A stretch of DNA of 64,000 nt from an uncultured virus (IMG/VR IMGVR_UViG_2724679563_000003) (IMGVR_UViG_2724679563_000003:1-64000), one strand, 5' to 3'; positions 9,297 to 20,688 are shown, numbered from the stretch's first letter. Notes: generated by a model from the letters alone, not told the origin. A program made the numbers and translations.

Positions 9297-10088
9297 ATGA
9301 AAAAATTTAGTAAAAGATTTTTAAAAGAAGTTTTAGGTTTTAATGAGGAAGAAATAAAATTAACAATGGAATGTCAAAGAAAATTTCCAGAATTATTAAC
9401 AAATGAGGCGAAAGAAATTGACAGTGCTAGAGAACTATATCTTAAATTAGGTTTAAAAGAAACAAACTGGTCAAGATGGAGTAAGAAAAACATATTAAAC
9501 AATGAATTTTTCAAAGAAAATATTGATTGGAAGTCACTCTTCTTTAAGACGAATGGAGACAAATCAAGGTCTGAAGGGAATTTTGCTAAAGATTTTTCTA
9601 TATCTATAGAAATGGCAAAACATTTATCTATGATGGCAAGAACAGAAAACTCATATAGGTTTAGACAATATTTTATATTAATTGAAAAATCAATTCGAGG
9701 ACTTCAAGAACATAATGAAGTTAGAGAACCAGAAAAAGAAAATTATAATTTAATGAAAGAAGCAATTGTAAAAGATTATTCTAGTAAGCATGATAATGTT
9801 ACTGAATTTGATATTAATTACTTAATGATTAGAGAGAGTAATATGATAAATCAAAATTTATTAGGATTTAAAGCAAATGAAGTAAGAAGTAAATTAGGTT
9901 ATGTTGATAAAGAAACAAGAGAGCATTTAGAAATAAGTAATAATAAGATTATTAATGAGTTGGAAATTATAATAATTGGGTTAGTAACAGCAGGAGTTGA
10001 ATTTGATGAAAGAAATAAAATTATTAAAAATATATGTGATAAAAAATATAAACATGTTAAAGAAGAATTTGTAAATAAAATAATTTAA
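9297..10088 (+). CDS. AntA/AntB family phage antirepressor
   Basis: SARELY..LG....WS.W....F.ENID...DF.ISIEMAKHLSM...R.YFI.IEK. Confidence 0.8.
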   Translation: MKKFSKRFLKEVLGFNEEEIKLTMECQRKFPELLTNEAKEIDSARELYLKLGLKETNWSRWSKKNILNNEFFKENIDWKSLFFKTNGDKSRSEGNFAKDFSISIEMAKHLSMMARTENSYRFRQYFILIEKSIRGLQEHNEVREPEKENYNLMKEAIVKDYSSKHDNVTEFDINYLMIRESNMINQNLLGFKANEVRSKLGYVDKETREHLEISNNKIINELEIIIIGLVTAGVEFDERNKIIKNICDKKYKHVKEEFVNKII

Positions 10089-10131
10089 TAAAGTCAAATA
10101 ATACATATTTTAAAAGGAGAATTTTTAAATA

Positions 10132-10287
10132 ATGAACATAGAAGAAAGATATGGACAGAAAATCAAATGTAAAGAATGTGGTAGAGAAATAATATTAGAT
10201 GAGTTTAGTATTGAAAAGGTGGGTACAAGTACATATGTAGTCTATTGCGAAAATGGATGTGAATTTATATTAGATGAAAAGTTTTAA
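10132..10287 (+). CDS. Small Zn-ribbon protein (51 aa, below the ORF track cut-off)
   Basis: MNIEERYGQKIKCKECG...YCENGCEFILDEKF. RBS aaggag. Confidence 0.6.
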   Translation: MNIEERYGQKIKCKECGREIILDEFSIEKVGTSTYVVYCENGCEFILDEKF

Positions 10288-10339
10288 TATAAGATAATTT
10301 AATGATTATATTTTAAAATAGTTTTCAAAGGAGAAAATA

Positions 10340-11614
10340 ATGGAGGAAAAATATTTAAAGAGAGAAAATGAAACAGATTATGAATATGGTTTAAGACTTA
10401 TTGAAATTAAATGTGAAGAAAATCCACAGGATTTAGATTGGCAAGACTTAGTAAGTATGCTTGATTTAAATATACATAAAGATTCTTTAAGAAAAGCTTG
10501 TAACACAACTGAGTATAGTTCTTATAATGTAATGAAATACTTTAAAAATAAACAATTACATAATATAAAAGATAATGAAATATTGAAAGAGATAGAAGAA
10601 AAGAAATTAGAATTAAAGAAAGAACGAATGAAGTTAAATACTCTGAGAACCATAACAAATAGGGACTTGCGAGAAACTGCAAGAATAGAGTTATATTTGG
10701 AGCAATTAAAAGAAGCAGTAGAAAACATTCAACCATTGTATACTCCTAGTAATAAAGAATATAATTTTAATACAATAGAAGATAAAGTAGGATTATTAGG
10801 AATAAGTGATATACACTTTGGAAAGATAGTAGAAATTAAAGATTTAAAAGGAAATATAATTAATAAATATGACGAAGATGTGTTTAAAAAAAGAATGGAC
10901 AGGTTATTTTGGGAAATCAGAAATATAATTATAAAAGAAAAATTAGAAAAAATAGTTATTTATAATTTATCAGATTGTATAGATGGAATACTTAGAATTA
11001 GCCAATTAAAAAATTTACAATATGGAATTATTGATAGTGTAATAAAATTTAGTGAATTTATGGCAGAATGGTTAAGTAGTTTAAGCAACTATGTAGCTAT
11101 AGAATATTATCAATGTTGGGGAAATCATGATGAAATTAGATTGTTAACAGGTAAAAAAGGTGATTTCCCAGAAGAAAATGTTGGAAGATTAATAATGGAA
11201 TTTTTAGAGTTAAGATTAAAGGATAATAAAAATATAGTAATTCATAATGAAAATAAACCTTATATATTTAGTAATATTTTAGGAATGAATGTATTTGGTT
11301 TTCATGGAGAATGCAAAGATTTGAATGGTGCTTTAAAAGATTTACAAATGATATATAAAGAGGATATAGATTTATTATTAGCAGGACATTTACATAATAA
11401 TAATTTGAATACTGTAGGTATGGGACAATTTGGGGATATTCAAGCTATAAGAATCGCCTCTTTATGTGGTGTAGATGATTATTCGATGAAGCTAATGAAA
11501 TCTGCAAGTGCAGGAAGTAATTTATTTATAATTGAAAAAGATAAAGGAAAAACAATTACATATGATATTAATTTAAATATTAATAATATAATTTTGAAGG
11601 AGACTTTAGTATGA
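10340..11614 (+). CDS. Calcineurin-like metallophosphoesterase (YonJ-like)
   Basis: SDIHFG, DCIDG, GNHD, HGE and AGHLH motifs. Confidence 0.85.
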   Translation: MEEKYLKRENETDYEYGLRLIEIKCEENPQDLDWQDLVSMLDLNIHKDSLRKACNTTEYSSYNVMKYFKNKQLHNIKDNEILKEIEEKKLELKKERMKLNTLRTITNRDLRETARIELYLEQLKEAVENIQPLYTPSNKEYNFNTIEDKVGLLGISDIHFGKIVEIKDLKGNIINKYDEDVFKKRMDRLFWEIRNIIIKEKLEKIVIYNLSDCIDGILRISQLKNLQYGIIDSVIKFSEFMAEWLSSLSNYVAIEYYQCWGNHDEIRLLTGKKGDFPEENVGRLIMEFLELRLKDNKNIVIHNENKPYIFSNILGMNVFGFHGECKDLNGALKDLQMIYKEDIDLLLAGHLHNNNLNTVGMGQFGDIQAIRIASLCGVDDYSMKLMKSASAGSNLFIIEKDKGKTITYDINLNINNIILKETLV

Positions 11615-12249
11615 GATTGAATGATTATGATGATTTTATAGAATATATATTGGATGAATTTGAAATAGAAGATGATATAACTGTTGTTTGTGATTATAAA
11701 TTAGCAGATATATTAAACTATTATTTTGGTGATGAAGAGTATTGTGAATACAAAGGAATAAATTTACAATCTGATATCAATGAATATTATGTAACAAAAT
11801 TCGGTAAAGATTTCTTTTGTATAACACCAATAAAATATGATGAAAAAATAAAAACAACTACTGGAGATTATTTCATTATAGATAATAATGTTTTAGAGGA
11901 TAATCCAACTCTATTTAATTATTTAGAAGGTAATAATTTTAAAGTTGAGATTATATATTATGATGAAGATAGTTGTGAAGATGGAAAGGAAAAATGTAAT
12001 TGGGATTATAACTATATTAGATGTACTTTAGAAGATGCTAAATTTAATAGTGCTTATATTGCAGACTATACTATGGAACATGATGCAGAGGAAGAAGATA
12101 TATGTTATTTAGAACTAGCGGATTTAATAGAAGAATATACTGGACTAATATTAGATAATGACTGTAAAGAAGAAGTTTTGGGACATGCTTTAACTGAATT
12201 TGCAGGTAGGATTTTTGAGAACTTTTGTTTAGAAATAACAGAGGAATAG
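11611..12249 (+). CDS. Acidic hypothetical protein
   Basis: 212 aa, very D/E-rich. Overlaps the stop of the upstream gene. Confidence 0.7.
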   Translation: MRLNDYDDFIEYILDEFEIEDDITVVCDYKLADILNYYFGDEEYCEYKGINLQSDINEYYVTKFGKDFFCITPIKYDEKIKTTTGDYFIIDNNVLEDNPTLFNYLEGNNFKVEIIYYDEDSCEDGKEKCNWDYNYIRCTLEDAKFNSAYIADYTMEHDAEEEDICYLELADLIEEYTGLILDNDCKEEVLGHALTEFAGRIFENFCLEITEE

Positions 12250-12398
12250 GTTAAAATAGGAGATTTATTTTAATTAATTTTGATAGAACACATCTTGATT
12301 TAGGTGTGTTCAAATGAAAATTAATTAAATATAGAATAATTTTAAAGAAGTTGCTATTACGTAACTTCTTTTTGTATTACATGAAATAGAGAAAGGAA

Positions 12399-13433
12399 GT
12401 GAAACGAAAAATGGCTAGTAAACCTAAGATGAAATGTTTAGGCAAATGTCAGAAAGAAAAATCAGTTGATAAATTTTATAGAAGTCAATCACCAAAACAC
12501 GAAATGTTTGATGGGTATTGTCCATATTGTAAGGATTGTTTAAAGAAACTTGTTTATATAAATGGAGTTTTTGATGTAGAGAAGTTAAAATTTGTACTTA
12601 AAAATTATTTAGATAAGCCATTTTTCAATGACATTATAGACAATATAATGACTACAAATACAAATAATCCTTTGGGCATGTATTTAAAACAATTGAATTT
12701 AAGAAAACAAGTTGGTAATGATTCTATGACATGGAAAGATGGAGAAGCTGGCGAGATAAAAGAAGCAGAAAGCAATGATAATAAAAAAAATAATAATTAT
12801 ATTGAAAAAAATAATGTGTCTCCCAAAGAATTACAACGTTTAATTGATAAATATGGATATGGTTATACCAATGAAGAATATCTTCAATTTGAAAAAAAAT
12901 GGAATAAATTAATTGATAATTACGGAGAAAAAACAGCGTTACATACAGAAAATTTAATTACATATATAAGATTTAGAGTAAAAGAAGAAATGGCAACTGC
13001 CGAGGGAGATGTTAAGTCAGCAAAAGATTGGGGAGCATTAGCAACTCAAGCAGCAAAAGATGCTAAATTAAATGTTTCTCAATTAAGTAAAAGTGATATA
13101 TCAGGTGGAGTAGATGTAGTGTGTCAAATTTTTGAGGCACTTGAAACCGAAATAGGTGTAATTCCTCTATTGCCTAAACTGATAGAACAACCTTATGACG
13201 ATGCAGATTTAATAATTTGGGCAAATATTAATTATAATAGAAGATTAGAAGATAAGCCAATGGTGCAATATAGAGATATTTGGGATTTTTATGATGAAAT
13301 GTTAGAGGAATATTTTAAACAACAAGGGTATGATGACAATAAGAAAAAAGAATTTAAAGAAAAAAGGAATAATGTTTTTAGGGATTTACAACAGGTCTAT
13401 AAAGAACCACTATACGAAGAGGATGAAATATAA
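12399..13433 (+). CDS. Putative terminase small subunit or terminase-associated Zn-finger protein
   Basis: Coupled to the large terminase (stop and start overlap at 13433). N-terminal Cys motifs CLGKC and CPYCKDC. Confidence 0.55.
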   Translation: MKRKMASKPKMKCLGKCQKEKSVDKFYRSQSPKHEMFDGYCPYCKDCLKKLVYINGVFDVEKLKFVLKNYLDKPFFNDIIDNIMTTNTNNPLGMYLKQLNLRKQVGNDSMTWKDGEAGEIKEAESNDNKKNNNYIEKNNVSPKELQRLIDKYGYGYTNEEYLQFEKKWNKLIDNYGEKTALHTENLITYIRFRVKEEMATAEGDVKSAKDWGALATQAAKDAKLNVSQLSKSDISGGVDVVCQIFEALETEIGVIPLLPKLIEQPYDDADLIIWANINYNRRLEDKPMVQYRDIWDFYDEMLEEYFKQQGYDDNKKKEFKEKRNNVFRDLQQVYKEPLYEEDEI

Positions 13434-15190
13434 TGGCTAGTTATGAAAATTTTACATCAGATAACAACAAGCATAAGCATGATAGAAATGATATTTATAA
13501 CAGTGCCTTTGAAAGCCCATTTAAACATTCAGATAGTGGTAAAAATACAATACAACGAAATATTCCTAAACTATCAGAGTTATGTGCTTTTCTAAGATTT
13601 TACCCTGATATATTTTATGATATGATTGCACCTGATTCAGGAGGGATTAAGCTTGACTTATATCAAAGAATAATGATGAGAGTATTAGCTAGATTTCCAG
13701 AAAATTATTTTTGTATTCCAAGAGGGGGAAGTAAAACTTTAGTACAAATAATGGTGTGCTATCATACAGCTATTTGTTTTCCTAATATTACTATAGCAAT
13801 TACAGCATCAACTAAAGAAAGTGCTGTAAAAATATGGAAAGAAAAACATGAAGAAATTTTAAGATTCTATCCAGCTATAGCTGATGAAATAAAGTCAAAA
13901 AACTTTTCTAAAGATAGTGGGAGAGTTGAATTTCAAAATGGTGCAGTTATAGATAATTTAGCAAACGCACAAAGTAGTAAAGGTTTAAGAAGAAGAAGGG
14001 GTTCATTAGAAGAATCTGCTTTAATTGATAAAGATTTATATGAAGATGCTATAGAGCCTATATTTAACATACCAAGAACAACTATGACAGGAGAAATAGA
14101 CCCTACTGAATTAAATGGTCAAATTAACCGTTTCTCTACATCAGGATATAAAAATTCAGATGAATATGAAAAAATACTTACAATGAAAAGAAATATGGTT
14201 GATTTAAAAGGGGTTTTTGTTTTTGGTTCAGATTGGAGAATACCAGTTCATTTTGGGAGACAGAAAATGTCTACAATCAATAAAGCAAGGCAAGGAAATA
14301 TTATAAGATTTAGACAAAACTATTTGTGTGATTGGATAGGTGTAAGTGATGGTGGATTAATTAATATTAGTAAATTAATGAAGGCAAGAGTTCTTTCTAA
14401 TGTTGAACTTGAATGTCCAAGAGATAAGAATAAAAACCTTTTATTAGAAGAGTATGTTATATCTGTAGACGTAGCGAGAAGTAATTCAGATAATAATAAT
14501 AAAACAGCAATTGCAATACTAAAAATAAAACGTTCTAAAAGTGATGGGAATATAAGACAAGTACAAATAGTTAATATAATTGAGCCTCCAAATGGTTTGA
14601 ATTACGAAGAGCAATCAGTAATAGTAAAAAGAGAATTCTTTAAATATGGTGGAGATTTAGATTTAAATAAATCAAGAGTTAAAGCTATTGTTATAGATGC
14701 TAATATTATAGGACAAGGATTAGTCGAAAAGCTATTAGAAGATGTTACAGATTTTGAAACAAATGAAGAATTACCTGCACTTGCAACAATTAACACAGAT
14801 GATAAATGTAAATCAGATGCACCAAAAGTAATATATGCTTTAAAGGCACAAGGAATTAATGGCGATATAATAAGAACATTTATAGATTATGCAGAATCTA
14901 ACAAGCTAAAACTTTTAAAACAGTTTGATGATATAAAAGATGATTTACCAAAAGATTGTGATAGTAGCAAAATAGAACAAGCTTGTATAAATACACAGTT
15001 TTTTATAGATGAAGTAGCAAATTTAAAATTAAAAAAAACACAAACAAACATATCAGTAGAACCTATGGTCAAAAGAATAGACAAAGATAGATATTCTGCC
15101 ATAGCATATGGTTTATTTTACATTTCTTTATTTTTAGACAATCAAGAAGATGAATCATATGACGATGATGACCCATTAGTATATTATTAA
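13433..15190 (+). CDS. terL: Terminase large subunit (YonF-like)
   Basis: Walker A PRGGSKT, Walker B region GLRRRRGSLEES, nuclease motifs SVDVARS, IDAN.IG and KDRYSA. Confidence 0.88.
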   Translation: MASYENFTSDNNKHKHDRNDIYNSAFESPFKHSDSGKNTIQRNIPKLSELCAFLRFYPDIFYDMIAPDSGGIKLDLYQRIMMRVLARFPENYFCIPRGGSKTLVQIMVCYHTAICFPNITIAITASTKESAVKIWKEKHEEILRFYPAIADEIKSKNFSKDSGRVEFQNGAVIDNLANAQSSKGLRRRRGSLEESALIDKDLYEDAIEPIFNIPRTTMTGEIDPTELNGQINRFSTSGYKNSDEYEKILTMKRNMVDLKGVFVFGSDWRIPVHFGRQKMSTINKARQGNIIRFRQNYLCDWIGVSDGGLINISKLMKARVLSNVELECPRDKNKNLLLEEYVISVDVARSNSDNNNKTAIAILKIKRSKSDGNIRQVQIVNIIEPPNGLNYEEQSVIVKREFFKYGGDLDLNKSRVKAIVIDANIIGQGLVEKLLEDVTDFETNEELPALATINTDDKCKSDAPKVIYALKAQGINGDIIRTFIDYAESNKLKLLKQFDDIKDDLPKDCDSSKIEQACINTQFFIDEVANLKLKKTQTNISVEPMVKRIDKDRYSAIAYGLFYISLFLDNQEDESYDDDDPLVYY

Positions 15191-15218
15191 AAATTTAATA
15201 AAGAAGGGAGGGTGTTAT

Positions 15219-16790
15219 TTGGCAAGAACCAAAGGGAGTAAAAATAAAACATCAGTCGAATTAGAAATGCTGCAACAAAGAATATATGAATTAGAAAAAG
15301 AAACAAATTCATATAGCGAAACAATAGATGCTTTTACAGAAGGATTTGTAATAGATTTATTCAATAAAGACGTTATTAAAACAGTAAGTATGGAAAAGCT
15401 TCAAGAATGGTTTAATAATCCTGATGAACATATGCAGAAGATAGTAAATCTACTTGCATATTATTACATAATAGATGGTAACATATTTCAATTATATGAT
15501 CTGATTTTTTCATTGCCGACATTAGAATATAAAATTAATGTTTTTGAAAAAGATAAACATTATAAAGAAGATATGTTAAAAATAAAATATTGTTTGGAAA
15601 GAGAACTAAAACATAAAAATTTGACTAGAGATTTAATAGTTCAATTAGCCCACGAAGGTACTTTGTTAGGGACATGGCTAAAAAATGGAAATAAAAATTA
15701 TTTTTATGTATTTGATAATTTACAATACATTTATCCTTATGGAAGAAGCAAAGGTGAGATGGTTGGAGTTATAGATTTAGAATGGTTAGATGATAAAAGT
15801 GAAGATGAAAAAGATGCTATATTTAATAATTTAAGTCCATTAATAACAAAAAGAAAATATTTAAGATATAAAAATGAGACAAGCAATAAAAATAATAAAT
15901 ATATATTTTTACCACCAGATAAATCTTTAGTAGCTAGGATACATACTTTAAGTAGAAATCAAAGGTTAGGAGTTCCATTTGGAACACAGGCTATTTTTGA
16001 TATTCAACACAAACAAAAATTAAAAGATTTAGAAAAAGCTATAGCAAATAAGATAATAAAAGCTATAGCGGTTTTAAAATTTAAAGGGAAAGATGACAAT
16101 GATATTAAAGTAAAAAAAGGTGAGAAGCAAAAGGTATATAAAGGGGTAAGAAAAGCATTAGAGAAAAACTCCAATGACAAAGATGGTATTACTTGTATAG
16201 CTATACCAGATTTTGCATCATTTGATTTTCCTGAAATGAAAAATGGTGATAAAGCATTAGACCCTAAGAAATATGAAAGTATAGATGGAGATATAACAAA
16301 TGCAACAACTGTTTCTAATGTACTAACAAATGGTACAAAAGGAAATTATGCATCTGCTAATTTAAATTTAAATGTATTATATTCTAAAATAGCAATATTA
16401 TTAGAACAAATTGAAGAAATTTATAATCAATTAATAATTCTTTTATTGGGTGAACGAGGTAAAAATTACACATTTGAATATATAAAAGAACCTCCATTAA
16501 GTAGAGAGAAGAAATTAGATGTATTAAAGAATTTACAAACTCAAGGATATGCTACTAAATACCTATTAGATATGATAGGCGTGAATTCAGATGAATATTA
16601 TTCTGAAAGTATATATGAGATTGAGGAATTAAAACTTAGAGATAAGATTGTTCCACCTATGAGTAGTTATACCATGAGTGGAAAAGATAATAATGAAACA
16701 GGTAGACCTGAAGAAGATGATACCACTCAAGATTCTACAATTCAAGATAAAACAAATGATGGTAATTCCAACCCAAAACCTAGTAAATAA
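15219..16790 (+). CDS. Portal protein (YonE-like)
   Basis: 523 aa directly after terL. C-terminal PP.SSYT.SG...GRP tail typical of these portals. Confidence 0.75.
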   Translation: MARTKGSKNKTSVELEMLQQRIYELEKETNSYSETIDAFTEGFVIDLFNKDVIKTVSMEKLQEWFNNPDEHMQKIVNLLAYYYIIDGNIFQLYDLIFSLPTLEYKINVFEKDKHYKEDMLKIKYCLERELKHKNLTRDLIVQLAHEGTLLGTWLKNGNKNYFYVFDNLQYIYPYGRSKGEMVGVIDLEWLDDKSEDEKDAIFNNLSPLITKRKYLRYKNETSNKNNKYIFLPPDKSLVARIHTLSRNQRLGVPFGTQAIFDIQHKQKLKDLEKAIANKIIKAIAVLKFKGKDDNDIKVKKGEKQKVYKGVRKALEKNSNDKDGITCIAIPDFASFDFPEMKNGDKALDPKKYESIDGDITNATTVSNVLTNGTKGNYASANLNLNVLYSKIAILLEQIEEIYNQLIILLLGERGKNYTFEYIKEPPLSREKKLDVLKNLQTQGYATKYLLDMIGVNSDEYYSESIYEIEELKLRDKIVPPMSSYTMSGKDNNETGRPEEDDTTQDSTIQDKTNDGNSNPKPSK

Positions 16791-16808
16791 AAAGTAGGTG
16801 AAAAACAA

Positions 16809-16955
16809 TTGAATAAGATATTAATTGCTCAAAATTCAAATACAATAATAATCTCACAAAAAGGGAAAAGGTTAATTATTGATAAAAATAATGAATTATA
16901 TAACCAATTAAAAGATTTAGAAAAAAGTGAAATTGAAGAATGGTATTTGAATAGA
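16809..16955 (+). CDS. Small hypothetical protein (48 aa)
   Basis: RBS aggtg, TTG start, open to TAG (NKILIAQNSN...EEWYLNR). Confidence 0.45.
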
Positions 16956-16990
16956 TGATATTTTAGATTGTGTTGAAGGGAGGTGAAGTT

Positions 16991-18436
16991 ATGGAATTAA
17001 ATGATAAAAATACAAAGAAATCAGTATTAAAAGCCCAATTAAATAGTTTAGAAATAAACGAAAAAGACCCCACAATTTTAAAAGGTACTGTAATTATACA
17101 TGATTTTGAAAAATCTTGGAATAATCAAATAATTACAGAGAAAGTTTGTGCTGAAAATATGAATACATTAATAGGGAAAAGAATTGTGTGTAAATATATA
17201 TCATCAGAAGATAATTATGGATTGGATGCTTTAACTGACCATGAAGAAGTAGTTAGTAAAGATAGAGTAGGCAATGAAGTAATAACGACAGATACTATTG
17301 CGATAGGATTTATTGAAAATGTATATATAGATAATTATACAGATGAGAATGGTAATACTAAAAGGGTATTATTTGGGAATGTTGTTATTTGGAATGATGA
17401 TAAATATGCTAATATAGTAGGCTTATTACAAGAATGGATTAATCGTGGTATTAAAATACATATGTCGGTAGAATATTTATATTGTAATTATAACGTAATA
17501 GATGGAATCGAATATTTACAGACACCTATTCTTTATGTAGCACATACACTTTTAAATTCGGAACAAAGAAATGAATATGCAGAAATTTTACCAGCGTATG
17601 ATTGTGCTACATTAATTAGTTTAAATGAAAGAAAAAAGTGGAATAAAACAATTAATCAATTAACTAAAAAAAACAACAATAAACAAAATAGTAAATCTGA
17701 GAATAATTCAGGTCTAAATATAAAAAATAATCAAGTGGAAGGTGATAAAATGGCGGAAGATATTAAAAAAAATGAAATAGAGAAAACAAATGATAATAAG
17801 GAAGCTCCTGCTATAGAAGAACAAATAAAAGAAAAGCCTAATGAATCAATTGAAGTAAATGAAAAAATAAAGTCATTAGAAAAGCAATTGGATACTAAGA
17901 ATGAAGAAATAATAAAAGCTAATGAAAAAATAGTAGATTTAGAAAGACAATTAAATGAGAAAGAAGAATCTATTAAATCATTAAATGAGAAAATAAATTC
18001 AACTAATACAGAAAAAACAGAAATAGAAACTAAGTTTAATGATGTAACAGACAAGTTAACTTCTTTAAATACAAAAGTAGAAGAAATGAAACCAATTGTA
18101 GAAAAATACAACAAAGAACAATTTGAAAAAGAATTGAATGAAATGAAATCTACTTATGAAAAGAAATTTAAGAGTGTTAATGCTATTGAGAAATTTAAAT
18201 CTGATGAAGTTCAAGAATTAATTAAAAAATCATTAAATAAAAATAATGAAGGACAAAAAGCGATAACTTCTTTAAACAAAATGGTTGTAGATGCCATTTC
18301 TTTTGATGAAAAAGAAGATATTCAAACAGAAGAAAAGTTAAGTTTAAACTCTGTTGAAAAGGGAACAGAAAATAAAAATTTAAGAGAAGATATTAGTAAA
18401 ATAGAAAACTTTTATGGTATCTCTCTAAATGAATAA
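16991..18436 (+). CDS. Prohead protease / scaffold protein (YonD-like)
   Basis: Globular N-terminus (DHE, HMSVE) and a long coiled-coil C-terminus. Lies between portal and capsid genes. RBS ggaggtga before ATG 16991. Confidence 0.7.
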   Translation: MELNDKNTKKSVLKAQLNSLEINEKDPTILKGTVIIHDFEKSWNNQIITEKVCAENMNTLIGKRIVCKYISSEDNYGLDALTDHEEVVSKDRVGNEVITTDTIAIGFIENVYIDNYTDENGNTKRVLFGNVVIWNDDKYANIVGLLQEWINRGIKIHMSVEYLYCNYNVIDGIEYLQTPILYVAHTLLNSEQRNEYAEILPAYDCATLISLNERKKWNKTINQLTKKNNNKQNSKSENNSGLNIKNNQVEGDKMAEDIKKNEIEKTNDNKEAPAIEEQIKEKPNESIEVNEKIKSLEKQLDTKNEEIIKANEKIVDLERQLNEKEESIKSLNEKINSTNTEKTEIETKFNDVTDKLTSLNTKVEEMKPIVEKYNKEQFEKELNEMKSTYEKKFKSVNAIEKFKSDEVQELIKKSLNKNNEGQKAITSLNKMVVDAISFDEKEDIQTEEKLSLNSVEKGTENKNLREDISKIENFYGISLNE

Positions 18437-18471
18437 TAAATAATTTGATAAATTAAAAGGAGGAAATTAAT

Positions 18472-19005
18472 ATGGCAACAAGAATGTATGATGCTTTAAT
18501 GGAAAGAGGAAATCATGAAATAGGGAATTTAAACTCTATATGGGCTAACCCATTTGTAAATGGGGCAATACTAGAAGAAAATGTAGACAACTTTACTTTA
18601 GTTGAGTTGACTGGTTATGATGAAGAAGGAAATGTAAAATGTAAACAATTATCAGATATTACTAAACAAGGATTTTTAGTAACTACTGTTGAGGAAGAAC
18701 ATTTAATGGAAGGAGAAACTTATGTAGATTTTTACAATGCAAAAGGTGAAATAGCTAGATTACATAGACCAAAACAAGATTTAAGATTTGAAACATCAGC
18801 TTTTGAATTAAATGCAGGAGCTGCAAAATTAGTTTATGGTCAAGTTGCTCACTTTGACCCTGCAAAGAAAAAGTATATAATATCTGATTCTGCATCTACA
18901 CACGCAGATTATGATAAGGCAACTAATAAATTTGAAGTTGTAGGCATAGATACAGATTTTGGATATGCTTTTGATAAACAAACAATAAGATTAATGGCAA
19001 AATAA
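18472..19005 (+). CDS. Capsid-associated or decoration protein (YonC-like)
   Basis: 177 aa before the major capsid gene, strong RBS, HEIGNLNS N-terminus. Confidence 0.6.
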   Translation: MATRMYDALMERGNHEIGNLNSIWANPFVNGAILEENVDNFTLVELTGYDEEGNVKCKQLSDITKQGFLVTTVEEEHLMEGETYVDFYNAKGEIARLHRPKQDLRFETSAFELNAGAAKLVYGQVAHFDPAKKKYIISDSASTHADYDKATNKFEVVGIDTDFGYAFDKQTIRLMAK

Positions 19006-19024
19006 TAAAAATTAGATAAGGAGA

Positions 19025-20089
19025 GTGTTATATATGGAAATAAAAAACTTTGATAAATTACTAGAAATGGGAAAAAGAATATATAATAATAAAATGGTAG
19101 AAGAAAAAGATAGAGATGGAAAGTTAATTCTTTCTGATGAAAATATGATTAAAAAGATATGTCAAGAAAACTTTAGTTCAAATGGTGAAATAAAAACGCT
19201 AGAAGGAGTAAGAAGTTTTAATAAATTAATAGTTGAAGTTGCAAATGAAGAAGCAGATGCAAAAATAAAACCTATATTAGATGCTATATCTGAATACGCA
19301 AAAGTAGGAAGATATGACAAAAAGATATATACAATAGATAAAAAGGCTAGAATATCTATGGCTTTAAGTGCTACTGCTTCAGGAGTAGATTTTGTAAGAG
19401 TATCACCTTATAGAAAAACTTTGCCAGCACAGCCAGAAGATCATCAATTCGGTGTTTATTACAATATAGAAAGAATGATAACTGATCCCGTAAATGAGTT
19501 TAGAAATGCTGTTAATTTAGTACAAGAAGAAAAAATTAAATATTTATTTAAGAAGGTAATGGAATTAACTAGAAAAGGAAAAACATTAAATAAAATACCT
19601 GCCAAACAAACTTTTGACGCTGCAAATATGACTTTAGTGAATTTCAGAGATATAGAAAATAGACTTTTAAGATATGGTAGAGGTGTAAGACCTGTTCTTG
19701 TAGCTGATATTAATTTAATAGATAACTTAGCTATGAAACAAGGCACAGAAAATAATAACTTCTTCTTAACAAAGGAATTAAGAGAAGAATTATTAAGGGA
19801 TACTAATATTTCTCAAATATCTAGGTCAATAGCTATAGCTACAGATAATCCATTTGTAGATGACTTAAATAGTAAAGTAGATTTACCTGTAAATGAAGGA
19901 ATAATGATAGCGGGCGGAAGTAAATCACCATTCAAGATAACTGAATTCGGTGGTCTAAGAACTGCACAAGATATGCCTTCTATAGAAAATGAAAGTGTAT
20001 ACTTAAAAATAGACTACAGAGTAAATGTTGAATTGTTATTAGGACAAGCTATGGGTTATATTAAAGATACTGCTGTATCTACTATTTAA
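19025..20089 (+). CDS. Major capsid protein (YonB-like)
   Basis: About 350 aa at the canonical position, followed by a terminator hairpin. The start may be ATG 19034. Confidence 0.7.
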   Translation: MLYMEIKNFDKLLEMGKRIYNNKMVEEKDRDGKLILSDENMIKKICQENFSSNGEIKTLEGVRSFNKLIVEVANEEADAKIKPILDAISEYAKVGRYDKKIYTIDKKARISMALSATASGVDFVRVSPYRKTLPAQPEDHQFGVYYNIERMITDPVNEFRNAVNLVQEEKIKYLFKKVMELTRKGKTLNKIPAKQTFDAANMTLVNFRDIENRLLRYGRGVRPVLVADINLIDNLAMKQGTENNNFFLTKELREELLRDTNISQISRSIAIATDNPFVDDLNSKVDLPVNEGIMIAGGSKSPFKITEFGGLRTAQDMPSIENESVYLKIDYRVNVELLLGQAMGYIKDTAVSTI

Positions 20090-20106
20090 TAATTATAAAT
20101 TATTTG

Positions 20107-20139
20107 GAGAGATAGATGATTTTATCTCTCTTTATTTTT
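20107..20139 (+). terminator. Intrinsic terminator after the capsid gene
   Basis: gagagata/tatctctc stem plus T-tract. Confidence 0.6.
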
Positions 20140-20157
20140 AAGGAGGATTTTTAAAAT

Positions 20158-20688
20158 ATGAATAATGATAAAAAAGTTGTATTAATAAGAAAACAAAGTA
20201 CACCTTTTACAGTAAATTACCCACATGATGGGATTTTTACTACTTATACATGGGCAGGTACACAAGGACAAATTCTAAATGATAGACCAGTTCCTTTTGA
20301 AGTTTTTGAATGGTTACAAAATTCTACAACTACTTTTAGTGAAGGTTGTTTATTAATAAAAGAAACAGAAGATGAAGATGTTACTATGATAAAAGAAAAT
20401 ATTATTAATATAGATAAAGTTGAAGAATCTGTAATGTCCAAATCTGAAATAATGGACATGATAAACTCTGGAAATCATTTAGCTTTAAAAAAGAAATTAA
20501 ATGATTTAATAAAAGACATGTCAGATAATATAAAAGAAAATACAAAAAGATATATAATTGGAGTTGCATCCGAAGAAGGTGTTGATTCTAGTGCTAAAAG
20601 AAAAATATTATGTGAATGGGCAGATATAGATTATGAAAATAATGATTTATTTTTTGATAAGAATTTAAGGGAAATATATGATAAATAA
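20158..20688 (+). CDS. Head-associated hypothetical protein (YonA-like)
   Basis: Position after the capsid gene, RBS aaggagg. Confidence 0.6.
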   Translation: MNNDKKVVLIRKQSTPFTVNYPHDGIFTTYTWAGTQGQILNDRPVPFEVFEWLQNSTTTFSEGCLLIKETEDEDVTMIKENIINIDKVEESVMSKSEIMDMINSGNHLALKKKLNDLIKDMSDNIKENTKRYIIGVASEEGVDSSAKRKILCEWADIDYENNDLFFDKNLREIYDK

